From a virus: a DNA stretch of 64,000 nucleotides. The notes under the pieces are model-generated. The model saw nothing but the letters and a program-made list of their open reading frames with translations, made no database searches and was not told the DNA's origin. Numbering within the stretch: the stretch's first letter is position 1; each line of letters begins with the position of its first letter. The translations under genes were made by a program, and so were the position numbers. Shown here in pieces: positions 22,501-33,013 of the stretch. The stretch covers positions 2,834-66,833 of the IMG/VR virus record IMGVR_UViG_3300019487_000028. One strand, written 5' to 3'.

Positions 22501-23468
22501 ACTAGCCTCCCGTCCGAGGCCCTGAACACCATCACGGAGTAGTCAGCGACAGTCACGTCTGTAGACGCTCCGCCCTGGGCGGTCAGCTTGAGGAGCTGGT
22601 TGGTCCTCCAGTCCACTGTGCCTACTACGTCGTTCTTGAGGATCGTCTCCGGAGCCGCGCCGCTGGCCGCGTTCCTGAGGTAGAAGCCCTGCAGGGCTCC
22701 CCCGGTAGGAGTCCTGACCGTGATGATCATGAAGAAGATCCCTACGTGGCCTGCTACGGCGGACGCTGAGGAGAACACGGTCACGCCAGTCCCACCCCCC
22801 ACATACAGACGCACGGTCTTGGTGTTCGTGTTGTTGGCTAGAGAGACGACCCCAAGCACTAGTATCTTGCTGCCTGCGCACAGGCCGGCTTCGATGATCT
22901 TCCCGTACCGGGTCATTTCTGTCTCGGTCGTGGAGACGTTCGCCTGCCCGGACGAGAACCCCACCCCGAGGACGTTCTGCCCGGACAGCCGGAACTGGTC
23001 CACGGCTCCGAACAGGGTCCCCAGCACGTTCACGTCTCCGTCGAGAAATACTGCTCCGAGGTGACCGCTTGCGCTCTGCACGGCCCCCCCACCCCTGTCT
23101 GCGGTCGGTGTGGGCGGAGTGCTCCCGTCTCCTGGGACCAGTCTTATGTCGTATCCGCTCTCTAGGATCAGCTTGAGCGCTGACGTCAGCCTCAAGTCCC
23201 AACCTCCGGCGTCTAACGACACCCCCCCGTCGACGGACTGGGAGAGCAGGGACTCCTTGCTCACCTGGCCCCCCGGGAACACGTCGTTCGGGTCTTGCCA
23301 CTGTGGCTTGACGGACAAGTTCCTCGCGACTCGCTCAAGCTCTAGCAGGCGAGCTTCTGCGTCGACCGGCTGGTCTTGGCTCTCCGGCCGCTCAAGGTGT
23401 TTTATCCTGGTCTCGAGGTCCTTCAGCGCTCGCTGGACGGAGACCGGTGCGTCCGTGGGTAGTATCAA
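22497..23468 (-). CDS. Tail-associated structural protein
   Basis: N-terminal coiled coil, beta-rich C-terminus; operon position. Confidence 0.5.
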   Translation of the reverse strand: MILPTDAPVSVQRALKDLETRIKHLERPESQDQPVDAEARLLELERVARNLSVKPQWQDPNDVFPGGQVSKESLLSQSVDGGVSLDAGGWDLRLTSALKLILESGYDIRLVPGDGSTPPTPTADRGGGAVQSASGHLGAVFLDGDVNVLGTLFGAVDQFRLSGQNVLGVGFSSGQANVSTTETEMTRYGKIIEAGLCAGSKILVLGVVSLANNTNTKTVRLYVGGGTGVTVFSSASAVAGHVGIFFMIITVRTPTGGALQGFYLRNAASGAAPETILKNDVVGTVDWRTNQLLKLTAQGGASTDVTVADYSVMVFRASDGRLV

Positions 23469-23592
23469 GACCCCTCGCAGAGTGGGCTGCTGGCCGACTG
23501 GCGGCTTCTATCCCACGGGGAGGGGTGGGAGCCGGGACAGGCCCTGCCAGGCGCTCTCAGGCGATCCTGGGGCTCCTGGAGCCCTCCTGGTG

Positions 23593-26532
23593 CTAGGCGT
23601 GCTGCCCTACCGGCCAGACCTGTACCCACTTGTGCTCCGACCTGTCGTTGCCAGAACCCCTGGTCCTGACCCTGACGGAGTACGGCTCGAACCCTATGTT
23701 TCCGGTACCGCTGGGGTTGGTCGTCCTGATCAGCAGCCTCGGCCTGCGCGCCTTGAGGCCCCTCGGGATTACCCTCCTGTACATGCTCCTCCGGTTTGGA
23801 GTGACGGCGATGGTGAGCGGGGACTGCGCCACGTCGTCCTTGTACGGCACGAGCTCCAGGTTCACCGGCGATATGCAGTCGCACTCGACTTCCTGAATCC
23901 AAGTCAAGTCGCCGTTGTCTTGCGGGAGGATGGCCCCGGTGTCCAGGGCCATCATCTGCTGTGGCCTCTGCCTGTAGCTCAGGTTGAAGTTGTTCAGGAC
24001 GAACCCGAACCCGAACGTGCCAGAGATCCTGAGCTGCGCCCTGAAGAACGGAGCCAGGGACGACACGTCCACCCTCGCTACCCCGAGTCCGCTGGACTGG
24101 AAAGACTGGCTGAGTGAGGCCGTGATGGACCCGTCCAGCAGCACTTCCACCACCCCGGAGGTCCCGCCGGTGTTGCAGAGGAGCTGGAGGTCGAAGGGGT
24201 CCTTCCTGGAGAGCGGACTGCCGCCGTCCTCGACCGCGGTCAATATTGAGACTGGGATCCCAAGACCGAGGTCCTGCGTCCCCGACTCCAGCTCCAGGAC
24301 CCTGCCGTTGTCCGTACCGGCTATCATCTTCCCGTCCGGCTCTCTGAACAGGGACAGGATTTTGTGTGGGTAGACCGTCCTCGACCAGCGCCCCGACATG
24401 AACCTCCACACGACGTTGGAGTCGACGTCGCTGCTCTCTGGGGCCACCATGTACAAGATGTGGTTGTCCACCGCCAGGCGGAACCTCCCGCTCACCGTGT
24501 TGAGCGGCTCTACCCCGTGCCTCGTCTTCCCCCTCCACAGGAGAGACACCTGGGTCTCTGGGACGGCCGTCGTCGTCACGCCTGAGACCTGCATCAGTCC
24601 GTCGGCGGCTCTGTAGACGACCGAGTTCCCGTCGGTGTAGTACGACTCGTCCACTGGGGGGTTGCCTACTCCGAGCGGCTCCGGGAACATGTCCACCGCA
24701 GACCTGTCCGCGCTCTCGTCGCCGCTTCCCCCTATCCGGACTATGTCCTTGGTCATGCCCACCAGGATCCCGCCGTTCGTCCTCACCGCCCACTTGGGGA
24801 CACCCCACGGCCTGAAGTCTAGGACGTGGTACAGGGAGAAGTTGGACGGGCTGTCGGAGGCGCTCGGGTAGACGTAGCCCTCCTCGGTGATGGCGAACAT
24901 CCTCCCCGCCCACGGGCCGGCCACGGCCACGATGTTATCCGGGGCCCCGACGGCGCCTGGCTCCAGTGCGATGTTCTCTACCAGAACGTCCATCTCGCCC
25001 TTCAGGACGTCGACGCTCACTGTCGGGTCGATCGTGAAGCTGGCGATGGCCAGCTCGTACGCAGCGTGCCTCATGCTGTCGGCCGCGTCTATCGACCCGT
25101 CTCCGGACGGGTCCGTCTCCTCCAGTGCCAGGGTGGAGGTGGACGGGTTGCTGCTTGTCACTGCGAAACGATAGAAGGTGTCGAGGAACCCACCGAACAG
25201 GTAGATCCATATCTGGTTCGTCTGCGGGTCGGCCGCGTTGACCGCCTCGGCCGGGATGGTCACCCTGAGCGCCTGCTGGGTCAGCACGATCTCGTCCGAC
25301 AGCGGGGACACTGGGGACTTCTCGACGTAGTTCCCGGTGTCGCGGACGAACCTGTAGCAGACCCGGTACTTCCCCGTCAGGGACCGCGCTCCTCCTCCCT
25401 GGATCACGGCGCTGTCGAACTGGGCCACTGCCGTGGAGCCCGGGACCACGGTGTACACGACCTTGAATCCGCGAACGGTCTTCCAGTCCCGCCCCTGTGT
25501 TCCGCCGACCCTCTTGAACTGCCCCCGCATGACCGAGAAGTGGGTCCAGGCGGGGGACGCCTCGGAGGCGTCGTGTCTCGCCCGGGCTCTCGGCCCGGAG
25601 AACCTCTGGAGCCTCTTCAGGACGCGGGACACGTCCGCTGGGGTCCTGACTTGAGTCACGTCGCTGATGGTGAGGGCGGTGGCGGTCTTTATCGCGGCCG
25701 CGCTGTAGGCTATCGACGTGTTGGCGGTCTCGTCCTTGACGTCGACCTCTCCGTCCTCCCTGATCCTGAAGTCGAAGTAGTAGTAGTCGTCTCGGAACGG
25801 GTCGTCCCCGGTGTTCAGCCCGAACATGACCGTGACCTTGTCGACCCGGCGCGGGTCTTCCAAGAACGTGTACATGTCGAACAGGTCGGTGTCTCCTCCT
25901 ATGCTCCCGGAGATGTTGAGCATGTTCTGGTCAGAGGCGAACTTCTTAGACGCCGACGCCCTCCCGGTCGTCGGGTTCGGGGCTAGCCGGATGGCTCCGT
26001 TCGCGGTGGAGTCGAACCCGGTAGTGAACGAGCCTGTACCCTCGTTGACCACGAACGCCGGACTCTCGGTGTTCTGGAAAGTAGCGACGGTGAAGAAGAC
26101 GGCGTTGGTCGCCGTCAGGGTCGGCTTGGCCACCGGGGCAGCAATGCTCCAGTTCCTTAGGGCGGACCCGTCAAACTTCTTCTTCACCGTGCCGCGGGCC
26201 GCGAACACCTGGTATGAGTCGTCTGCGAACGAGACGTCACCAGACCCGTCGAACACGACGCTCTGGTCCACCCCGTTCAGGTACAGGTTGTTGTCGACGC
26301 ACATCAGGCGCCGTATGGTCCCGTCGATCTCGGCAGAGTAGAGGCTGTGGGCCCTCTGGTGGAACAGTCCGGAGTAGACGGACCCGGTCCCGAGCCTGAC
26401 TGACATGGCTCCGGCCTCGTCTGGCACTACGTTGTCTGCCCGCAGGAGCGCGCCCTCCGGGGCCCCGACGGAGTCGGCGTCCGGGAACCAGGAGTGCCCA
26501 CCCAGCGCCTTGAAGAGGTTCTGGGCCGTCAT
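23593..26532 (-). CDS. Tail tubular B / stabilisation (nozzle)-like protein
   Basis: 979 aa, beta-rich; N-terminal FKALGG..ALLRADNV..G...R.G pattern; operon position. Confidence 0.6.
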   Translation of the reverse strand: MTAQNLFKALGGHSWFPDADSVGAPEGALLRADNVVPDEAGAMSVRLGTGSVYSGLFHQRAHSLYSAEIDGTIRRLMCVDNNLYLNGVDQSVVFDGSGDVSFADDSYQVFAARGTVKKKFDGSALRNWSIAAPVAKPTLTATNAVFFTVATFQNTESPAFVVNEGTGSFTTGFDSTANGAIRLAPNPTTGRASASKKFASDQNMLNISGSIGGDTDLFDMYTFLEDPRRVDKVTVMFGLNTGDDPFRDDYYYFDFRIREDGEVDVKDETANTSIAYSAAAIKTATALTISDVTQVRTPADVSRVLKRLQRFSGPRARARHDASEASPAWTHFSVMRGQFKRVGGTQGRDWKTVRGFKVVYTVVPGSTAVAQFDSAVIQGGGARSLTGKYRVCYRFVRDTGNYVEKSPVSPLSDEIVLTQQALRVTIPAEAVNAADPQTNQIWIYLFGGFLDTFYRFAVTSSNPSTSTLALEETDPSGDGSIDAADSMRHAAYELAIASFTIDPTVSVDVLKGEMDVLVENIALEPGAVGAPDNIVAVAGPWAGRMFAITEEGYVYPSASDSPSNFSLYHVLDFRPWGVPKWAVRTNGGILVGMTKDIVRIGGSGDESADRSAVDMFPEPLGVGNPPVDESYYTDGNSVVYRAADGLMQVSGVTTTAVPETQVSLLWRGKTRHGVEPLNTVSGRFRLAVDNHILYMVAPESSDVDSNVVWRFMSGRWSRTVYPHKILSLFREPDGKMIAGTDNGRVLELESGTQDLGLGIPVSILTAVEDGGSPLSRKDPFDLQLLCNTGGTSGVVEVLLDGSITASLSQSFQSSGLGVARVDVSSLAPFFRAQLRISGTFGFGFVLNNFNLSYRQRPQQMMALDTGAILPQDNGDLTWIQEVECDCISPVNLELVPYKDDVAQSPLTIAVTPNRRSMYRRVIPRGLKARRPRLLIRTTNPSGTGNIGFEPYSVRVRTRGSGNDRSEHKWVQVWPVGQHA

Positions 26533-26538
26533 TGGTCC

Positions 26539-27480
26539 TTACGGTCCGTCCTGTGCCCCGACCACCTGGAGGTTCCCGCTGTCTGAGGTCGACGCGTTGG
26601 TCAGGACCGTGGTGCCGTCGGCCTTGTACATGGTCTGGGTGTTGACGCCCTTGTCGTGCTCCCTCTTGAATGCGAGGCGCTGGAACAAGAACTGGAGCTT
26701 CTCTCCGGTCGTGCTGCCGGTGAGCTGAGCTCCGCTCCACGACGCCAGCTCAGAGATCACGATGTTCCACACGTCGTCCCCAGGGACGATCACGTACTCG
26801 GTCCCGCTGGCCGGGGCCGTCCACGCCCTGTTCACGGTGCCGACCCTGGTGGAGCCAACGTAGTCCGTGATCACGCGAGCTTGTCCAGCTCCGGTTCCTG
26901 CCGTGAGCAGTATCAGGCCCCCGTTGAAGAAGTCGTCCTGGGTCGGTGGGGCCGGAGAGCTCTCAAGAGTGAAGGAGGTTCCTCCTCCGGCAGACAGGAT
27001 GCCGGCCCTCAGGACCATCGACTCCAGGTAGCCCTTGATCCTCGGGAGGGTAGACGCGCTAGGGGCCACGCCCTCGAAGGAGTAGCCACCAGTGGACGCC
27101 TTGGCCCTGATCGCCGAGGCCGACGACCCGATCTGCGAGGCGTCGATGTCGATCTGCCCGAGGCGCTGCTTGGTCTCAACCTGCAGGTGGAGGTCCCTCC
27201 AGGCACTCCCGGCGTCCTGGAGCACGACCACGACGTCGGTGGCCGTCATCTCCCCGGCCGTCAGGGTCAGGCTGAACAATCCCTCCGAGGCGAGTGTCGT
27301 GACCACCGCGTTGGTGGTCTGAGCGAAGGCGCCGCCGTCCTTGCTCACCCTGGAGTCGGCCGCCACCACGTCGGTCCCGGTGTAGAAGTCGTTTGGGCCC
27401 GTGGCGGCTGGCTGGTCTAGCGAGAAGTACAGGGTGCGGGCGACCCCGTACTGGCCCTGGAACATCTCCATCCTAGGCAT
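26539..27480 (-). CDS. Virion structural protein, paralog of the C-half of 27495-29570
   Basis: Shared QYGVARTLYFSLD, DLHLQVET.QR.GQ.D and RVKGYLESMVLR.G segments. Confidence 0.6.
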   Translation of the reverse strand: MPRMEMFQGQYGVARTLYFSLDQPAATGPNDFYTGTDVVAADSRVSKDGGAFAQTTNAVVTTLASEGLFSLTLTAGEMTATDVVVVLQDAGSAWRDLHLQVETKQRLGQIDIDASQIGSSASAIRAKASTGGYSFEGVAPSASTLPRIKGYLESMVLRAGILSAGGGTSFTLESSPAPPTQDDFFNGGLILLTAGTGAGQARVITDYVGSTRVGTVNRAWTAPASGTEYVIVPGDDVWNIVISELASWSGAQLTGSTTGEKLQFLFQRLAFKREHDKGVNTQTMYKADGTTVLTNASTSDSGNLQVVGAQDGP

Positions 27481-27494
27481 GTGGCTATTCTACC

Positions 27495-29570
27495 TCACGA
27501 GACGAACCGGTCTATGTCTTCCTTGCTCCCGTCGAAGCTTACTGACGTGGACGCGTAGACCGTCCCCGTCGGGAGCTGGCTGTGGAAAACGGCGTCCGAC
27601 TTGTAGAGCTGGATGGTGGTCGCGGACCTGTCGTGCTGGAAGGCGAACCGCTGGAAGCACTGCTGCAACTTGTCGCCGCCGTCTCCCCCGGGAGCGACCG
27701 CCGCGGACAACTCCGTCGTGGTAGACGCTCCGGTGATCCCGGCGTAGGTCGTGTCCCACATCTCGGCCCCAGGCATCAAGACGAACACCGACGTCGAGTC
27801 CGGGTTGACGACCCAACTCCGGTTCACGTCCGCGATCCTGGACGCCCCGGTGTAGTCCTTCACGAGGCGAGCCTGGCCAGCTCCGGTCCCTGCCACGACC
27901 ACGACCACGGCGCCGTTGTAGAAGTCGTTGGACGAGCTGGCCCCGGAGTCCAGGGTGATCGTCCCGGCCGCCCCACCCTGGGCGATCCCCACCCTCAGGA
28001 CCATCGACTCCAGGTAGCCCTTGACGCGCGGAACCTCGGACGCGCTCGGGGCCACCCCTTCGAAAGAGTTCCCTCCGGCAGACGCCTTGGCCCTGATCGC
28101 TGAGGCCGAGCCTCCCACTCCGCTGTAGTCGAGGTCCAACTGCCCGACTCGCTGCCTGGTCTCCACCCGGAGGTGGAGGTCCTGGCATATCGGGACGATA
28201 GCGAAGACGTCGTCGTGGATCATGACCAGTACGTCCGTAGCGGCGGTCTCGGCCGGGGTGAGGTCTAGGGAGTATAGCTTCTCCCCAACGTGTACCGGGA
28301 GGTTCGTGGCGTTGGCGAAAGCGGCTCCGTCCTTGCTGATCCTCACGTCCCCGGCCTCGAACGCGAACGCCCCGGAGGCGAACACGTCCGGGTTGACGGA
28401 CACCGGGACGTCCAGGGAGAAGTACAAGGTCCGGGCGACGCCGTACTGCGCTCGGAACCTCTCCATCCTCGGTGACGACTGCCTGCGGGCCGTCTCGCCT
28501 GGGTCTGCTCCCGTGGTGAAGCTGAGGGTCGAACCGGAAGCTCCGTTGGCGAAGCCAGGGCTCGGCCACTCCACGAAGGCCCTGAAGAAGTAGGTGGTAG
28601 AAGCAGAGAGTCCCGCCAGGGCCTGCAAGAACGCCTTCTCGGTGGATCCGGTGAGGTTCTGGTACGCCGTCAGGTTGGCCCAGGACCCCGGGGTCGCACC
28701 TCCGTCTGAGGTCCCCCAGCCGAACCTGACCCTGACGCTGATGGAGTTCGGGTTCGAGGTCCCGTTGAGCGTGGCCGAGTCGTGTCCAACCCCGCTGGCA
28801 GCGACCGTGGTTATGGTAGGAGCGTCCGGGCTAGTCGTGAAGGTCCCTATGGTCCCGAAGTTGTCCGTCCCGTTGTTGGTAGTCCGGGTGACCCGCAGCC
28901 GGTACTCGTACGTCGTGCTCCCGACCAGGCCGGTGACGGTCACCTGCCGAGTCTGGACCGAGTAGCCCGAGTAGACCTGGCCGGCGGTCTCTGTCCACGT
29001 GCTGCCCCCGAGGACCCTGTACTGGAACAGCGCCGTCGCCGTGGACTCGTTCGTGTTCGGGAAGAAGCTCTGGCTCAGCGTGGCCTGGCTGTTGGTCACT
29101 CCGCTGGTGGACGGGGAGCCAGAGAAGGTCAGGTTGACGGCGTCGGTCTTGAAGGCGAGCTGGCCTCCCGTGTGGGTGGCGATGAAGTCGCCAGTGTCGC
29201 ACACGTACAGAGTTCCTCTGGCACGGAAGACGTGGCCCCTGTCTGCCGCGAGCTCAGACACGGTGAGGAAGCCCGAGTACGACAGCCCGGGGACCCACTC
29301 GAAGTCTTCTCCCCAGGCGGAGCTCGGGATGCAGATCGTAACGGTGAAGAACCCGAACGACCCGTCGGAGAGTAGGATCGGTCCCTCGCTGTCGAAGGGA
29401 GGAGCTGTGAAATTATTCCCCACCTCGTAGTCGAACCCTACCCGGTAGTCTCGGTCTTGGGTCGGAGAGAACGCTCCGCTCCCGGTGGCCCGGCCCTTGA
29501 AGGTGACCTGCTCAGTGCGAGCGGACTGGTTCACCGGGCCGTGCGTGGCCGAGATGGTGTTGATGGCCAC
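27495..29570 (-). CDS. Fibronectin type III-repeat virion protein
   Basis: Two Fn3-like repeats (VTGLVGSTTYEYRLRV; LAGLSASTTYFFRAFV). Confidence 0.7.
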   Translation of the reverse strand: MAINTISATHGPVNQSARTEQVTFKGRATGSGAFSPTQDRDYRVGFDYEVGNNFTAPPFDSEGPILLSDGSFGFFTVTICIPSSAWGEDFEWVPGLSYSGFLTVSELAADRGHVFRARGTLYVCDTGDFIATHTGGQLAFKTDAVNLTFSGSPSTSGVTNSQATLSQSFFPNTNESTATALFQYRVLGGSTWTETAGQVYSGYSVQTRQVTVTGLVGSTTYEYRLRVTRTTNNGTDNFGTIGTFTTSPDAPTITTVAASGVGHDSATLNGTSNPNSISVRVRFGWGTSDGGATPGSWANLTAYQNLTGSTEKAFLQALAGLSASTTYFFRAFVEWPSPGFANGASGSTLSFTTGADPGETARRQSSPRMERFRAQYGVARTLYFSLDVPVSVNPDVFASGAFAFEAGDVRISKDGAAFANATNLPVHVGEKLYSLDLTPAETAATDVLVMIHDDVFAIVPICQDLHLRVETRQRVGQLDLDYSGVGGSASAIRAKASAGGNSFEGVAPSASEVPRVKGYLESMVLRVGIAQGGAAGTITLDSGASSSNDFYNGAVVVVVAGTGAGQARLVKDYTGASRIADVNRSWVVNPDSTSVFVLMPGAEMWDTTYAGITGASTTTELSAAVAPGGDGGDKLQQCFQRFAFQHDRSATTIQLYKSDAVFHSQLPTGTVYASTSVSFDGSKEDIDRFVS

Positions 29571-29577
29571 CCGGACT

Positions 29578-29970
29578 CTACCTCGGCCTCAGGACCAGCA
29601 CTCTCAGCGTCCCTGAGGATAGGTCGACCGCGGCGGTGGTGTGGTTACTGAGGACCACCGTGACGGTGTTCGCCGAGGACACGTAGGACGAGAGAGTGAG
29701 CCCGCCCAGGCTCAGGCTGAACGAGGTCAGTACTAAGTCACCGAGTTGTGCTCCCTGCACCGTGACCGTGTTCGTCACCGCCTGCGTCGCCGGGACGGAG
29801 CCTGGGTCCCAGGTGGACGTGACTGCGGACGTGGACGCACCGCTCAATCCTAGGGTACTTATCGACACCTGGGTCCCGTTGAGAGTACCTCCCCCGGGGG
29901 CAGTCTTCGAGACCTGCCCGGTCCCCAGGTCGATGTCTTCTCCGACCAAAGTCTCAAAGACCAAGGCCAT
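29578..29970 (-). CDS. Small virion structural protein
   Basis: GGAGG RBS before MALVF; beta-sandwich-like DPGSV..VTV.GA.LGD.V pattern. Confidence 0.6.
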   Translation of the reverse strand: MALVFETLVGEDIDLGTGQVSKTAPGGGTLNGTQVSISTLGLSGASTSAVTSTWDPGSVPATQAVTNTVTVQGAQLGDLVLTSFSLSLGGLTLSSYVSSANTVTVVLSNHTTAAVDLSSGTLRVLVLRPR

Positions 29971-29984
29971 TTGGAATAACCTCC

Positions 29985-31004
29985 TTACCAGTTTACACGC
30001 GGGTACGGCCACGGGAGCTGCACGATCGGCTTGCGGAACGGACGCGGCTTCGTCAGCCCGAAGTGCCCCACGCGAGCAGCAGTGGTCCGGCTCATCCTCC
30101 GGATGATCCTCGCCACCCCGGAATCGAACCTAGCCATGTAGTGGCCCGCCATCTTGAGGTTCTGCCCAGGACCTTCTCTCTTGAGCGCTTTCGACATCGC
30201 GTAGAACACGACGTAGCGGACGTAGTGGTCTGGCATCTCGAACTGCGCGGACCCGGGGTCGGTGCCCCTTCGGAATACCTCCACGCGCACGTTCTTTCCG
30301 TCCCTGTAGACCCTCCTGGGGGTTCCTCTCCCTGGACCGGCAGGGAAGTGCTCTGGAGCCTGCCTCAGACCTCCCCAGGACCCGAGCACCGGCTCACCGG
30401 AGCCGAACTCGTCTGAGGAGGCCCTCCTCAGGGTGCCGTATGTGCCGCTGTGCTCGAAGGTGTCGGCCCTACCGTCCGGGACGGGGACTTTCCTGATAAC
30501 GAACACTCCGTCCTCGTCCAGCACGTACGCGGTGGTCGGGCCGACCGTGTACAGGTACCTCCCGTCCGCCCGCTTGACTCTGGACGAGTGCACCGGACCG
30601 ATGAGGTAGTCGTCGTAGGTGACCCTGTCGACCTCCAGGAGAGAGTTCGGGAGCTCCGTCGCCGGAACGAACAAGTCGGTCTCGATGTGGTCTCGCTCCC
30701 ACGGGGAGGTGTGGTTCGCTGGTCCTGCCCCGTTCGAGTCGTAGTCGCGCTCCCACTCCCCTCCGGTGAAAGACAGGAGACCCTGGAACAAAACTGCGAA
30801 CGGCTCTTCGAACCGACCGGTGTGGTCGCCGGCGTACGGGAGGTTTTCTGAGTACGTCACGTCCCAGACGGCGCGAGTCCTGCGGCAGAGTTGATCGTAC
30901 CCGTCCCGGACGTAGCCCCCGACCTCAGCCCTGCTGGTCCACACCTCCTGGGCCTCGTCCTCCAGCTGCCTGAAGGTCTTGTCCGTGGCAGTATCTAGGT
31001 TCAT
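29985..31004 (-). CDS. Head-tail adaptor-like protein
   Basis: W..AEVGGYVRDGYDQLCRRT..MPDHYVRYVVFYAMSKAL adaptor-like pattern. Confidence 0.55.
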   Translation of the reverse strand: MNLDTATDKTFRQLEDEAQEVWTSRAEVGGYVRDGYDQLCRRTRAVWDVTYSENLPYAGDHTGRFEEPFAVLFQGLLSFTGGEWERDYDSNGAGPANHTSPWERDHIETDLFVPATELPNSLLEVDRVTYDDYLIGPVHSSRVKRADGRYLYTVGPTTAYVLDEDGVFVIRKVPVPDGRADTFEHSGTYGTLRRASSDEFGSGEPVLGSWGGLRQAPEHFPAGPGRGTPRRVYRDGKNVRVEVFRRGTDPGSAQFEMPDHYVRYVVFYAMSKALKREGPGQNLKMAGHYMARFDSGVARIIRRMSRTTAARVGHFGLTKPRPFRKPIVQLPWPYPRVNW

Positions 31005-31645
31005 CTCGTACCGAAGTGCCCCCTCATCGGTATCTGGGTCCTGTTGGCGACCCTCTTGTCTAGTTCCCTAGACATCTTCTCGAACTCGGAGAAGTGCTCC
31101 AGGGCCTTGGCAGTCTCGTCGTCCCTGGCTAGAAGGTCGTAGACCGCGTACTCCACAAGGGTCCTGTGGTACTCCTCCGGGAGCTGCCTCGGCCTCTCGG
31201 TCTCGTCGGTCATGTGTGGGTGGAGGGCTTTGCCCTTGAGATGAAGGACGCTGTCCTGGGACCTAGACCTCGGGTATATCCCGAGCCACCATAGGCCGCG
31301 CATGAACCACTGGTCCGGTTCTCCGTCGTTGCGGATCCACTGACGGGACGTGAAATCGTCCAGGTCGCGCACGTTCGTGGCGTCTATCCATCGGCTCCTG
31401 GCGGGGTTGTATATGCTGGAGACACGCAGGAACGGCTCGTCTCCTACTGTCCGTACGTCGTGGTAGACCGCCCTGGCCCTGAGCGTGAAGACCGCCGTCC
31501 GCTCGTAGAACTCCGTGGCGTCCGACAGCTCGTCGAGTCCGTCGTTGATGCTGTCCCTCGCGTCAGACCTGGACCACCTGCTAGGCGAGCCGGTCTCCTC
31601 CTCGATGCGCGTCAGCACATCGTCTATGATCTCGCCGAGAGTCAC
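31001..31645 (-). CDS. Head-tail adaptor / tail tubular A-like protein
   Basis: MTLGEIIDDV..WS..D..DSINDG..LPEEYHRTLVEYAVY. Confidence 0.6.
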   Translation of the reverse strand: MTLGEIIDDVLTRIEEETGSPSRWSRSDARDSINDGLDELSDATEFYERTAVFTLRARAVYHDVRTVGDEPFLRVSSIYNPARSRWIDATNVRDLDDFTSRQWIRNDGEPDQWFMRGLWWLGIYPRSRSQDSVLHLKGKALHPHMTDETERPRQLPEEYHRTLVEYAVYDLLARDDETAKALEHFSEFEKMSRELDKRVANRTQIPMRGHFGTR

Positions 31646-31662
31646 GGCCCAACTTCCCTCCC

Positions 31663-31935
31663 TCAGTCGAAGCGGGCCACGTCGCTGAACGGGACCGAGT
31701 CTACCACCTCGACCCGCTCGATCGGGATCTCAGAGGCGGGGACCCCGTGGGAGTCCTGCGCGAGGGCTCCAGTGAGGACGTCGGAAACCGGCTCGATGAA
31801 CACCTGGGGCTCTCCGGGGAGGTCGGAGTTGTACCTCACGGTGCGGAACTTGAGGTGCTCCAGGAGTCCCCCGTCTTCGGTCTTCTTCCTCAGGTAGACA
31901 GTAGCTCGGGCGGACGCGTTGTCGTAGTTCGCCAT
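31663..31935 (-). CDS. Hypothetical protein
   Basis: GAGG RBS before MANYD. Confidence 0.5.
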   Translation of the reverse strand: MANYDNASARATVYLRKKTEDGGLLEHLKFRTVRYNSDLPGEPQVFIEPVSDVLTGALAQDSHGVPASEIPIERVEVVDSVPFSDVARFD

Positions 31936-31981
31936 TCTTGGTACCTCTGCAAGGCCGGGCGATGGCCGGGCCGCTCTAAGT

Positions 31982-32713
31982 TTACCTCTTGTCGCCCGCG
32001 TCCTCAACCCTGATGAACGAGCCCTCGGCTCCGTCCCTGTGCTTGGTGAACGTGTCCACAGTCACTACTAGCGGGTCCGCCTCGTGCCCGCACATAATTC
32101 CGGTGTCGACGTACGGGGGGAACCCGGCCTTGGCCGCCGAGATGCAGAAGGACAGGTCTTCGCTGTACTTCCCGTACTGGAACGGGCCTCCGGCCTCCTT
32201 GACCTCCGGGAGGTCGGACACCGCCCTCAGCATCTTCAGGGAGGTGGCGCAGAACCCGAACCCGACCCCTCCGACCAGAACCAGGGAGTTCTCGGACCAC
32301 GTCCTGGCCCAGTGGAACGCCTCTCCGTCGAACTTCCCGAAGAGCGGGTGGTGCGGCGGCCTCCTCTGGAAGTAGACCCCAGACACGAAGTCCAGCGCTT
32401 TACCTAACGGGCACGTGTCCTGAGACAGGTACGCCGCGAGCCTGGCTATCGCCTGCTTCGGGACCACCACGTCGTCGTCAACCCACACGACGGCGTCCGG
32501 GGAGTCTTCAGACATGAGGGCTGTCTTGACGACCATGTTTCGGGCAGCGGCGTAGCCGAGTCGGTCCGGGCACGCCGCGCCAACCCACTCGTGCCCGCTG
32601 TTCGCTGCGTGCATGACGGCCGCGAGGAGGTAGTTCGCCGGGGTGGTCGGTATCGGTCCGTAGGACGGCCTGGCCAGTACCAACCTCACGCTTCGCCCCT
32701 GTACCTTAGCCAC
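31982..32713 (-). CDS. GT-A fold glycosyltransferase (GT2-like)
   Basis: YAAARN, VWVDDDV (DxD), GFGF and SEDLSFC..A..AGF..YVDT..CGH. Confidence 0.85.
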   Translation of the reverse strand: MAKVQGRSVRLVLARPSYGPIPTTPANYLLAAVMHAANSGHEWVGAACPDRLGYAAARNMVVKTALMSEDSPDAVVWVDDDVVVPKQAIARLAAYLSQDTCPLGKALDFVSGVYFQRRPPHHPLFGKFDGEAFHWARTWSENSLVLVGGVGFGFCATSLKMLRAVSDLPEVKEAGGPFQYGKYSEDLSFCISAAKAGFPPYVDTGIMCGHEADPLVVTVDTFTKHRDGAEGSFIRVEDAGDKR

Positions 32714-33006
32714 GCGAAAGCCCTGACGTTAGGCCTCCTCCACTCGTCCGTGGCTCCGTCCATCGCCAGGTCGAACAGTCTCTTTGCTTCGTCCACCGAC
32801 AGCGAGGCTCCCGCCCCGGGCTCGAGGTCAGGAGCCTCTCCGGCCGGATTGGTCGGGGAGTAACGGGAAGCTCCGCACGGGCACGCCTGTCCGCTCCCGC
32901 CCTTGCACGTGGCGGAAAGTTCTTGGAGCCGTGTTATGACGGCGTGGCACTGGGAGCAGCGGTAGAAGTCGTACACGTTCCCTCCGGTCAGCTCTTCTTC
33001 ACTCAT
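32686..33006 (-). CDS. Zinc-ribbon hypothetical protein
   Basis: CSQC..CPCG. Confidence 0.5.
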   Translation of the reverse strand: MSEEELTGGNVYDFYRCSQCHAVITRLQELSATCKGGSGQACPCGASRYSPTNPAGEAPDLEPGAGASLSVDEAKRLFDLAMDGATDEWRRPNVRAFAWLRYRGEA

Positions 33007-33013
33007 GTGTTCC

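Noticed and set aside
23465-24913. Long alternative-frame ORFs over the virion genes (also 44337-45860, 47419-48696, 48011-49372, 52857-54077)
   Set aside because: Shadow ORFs typical of high-GC DNA, overlapping well-supported genes and with Arg/Gly/Pro-biased composition.
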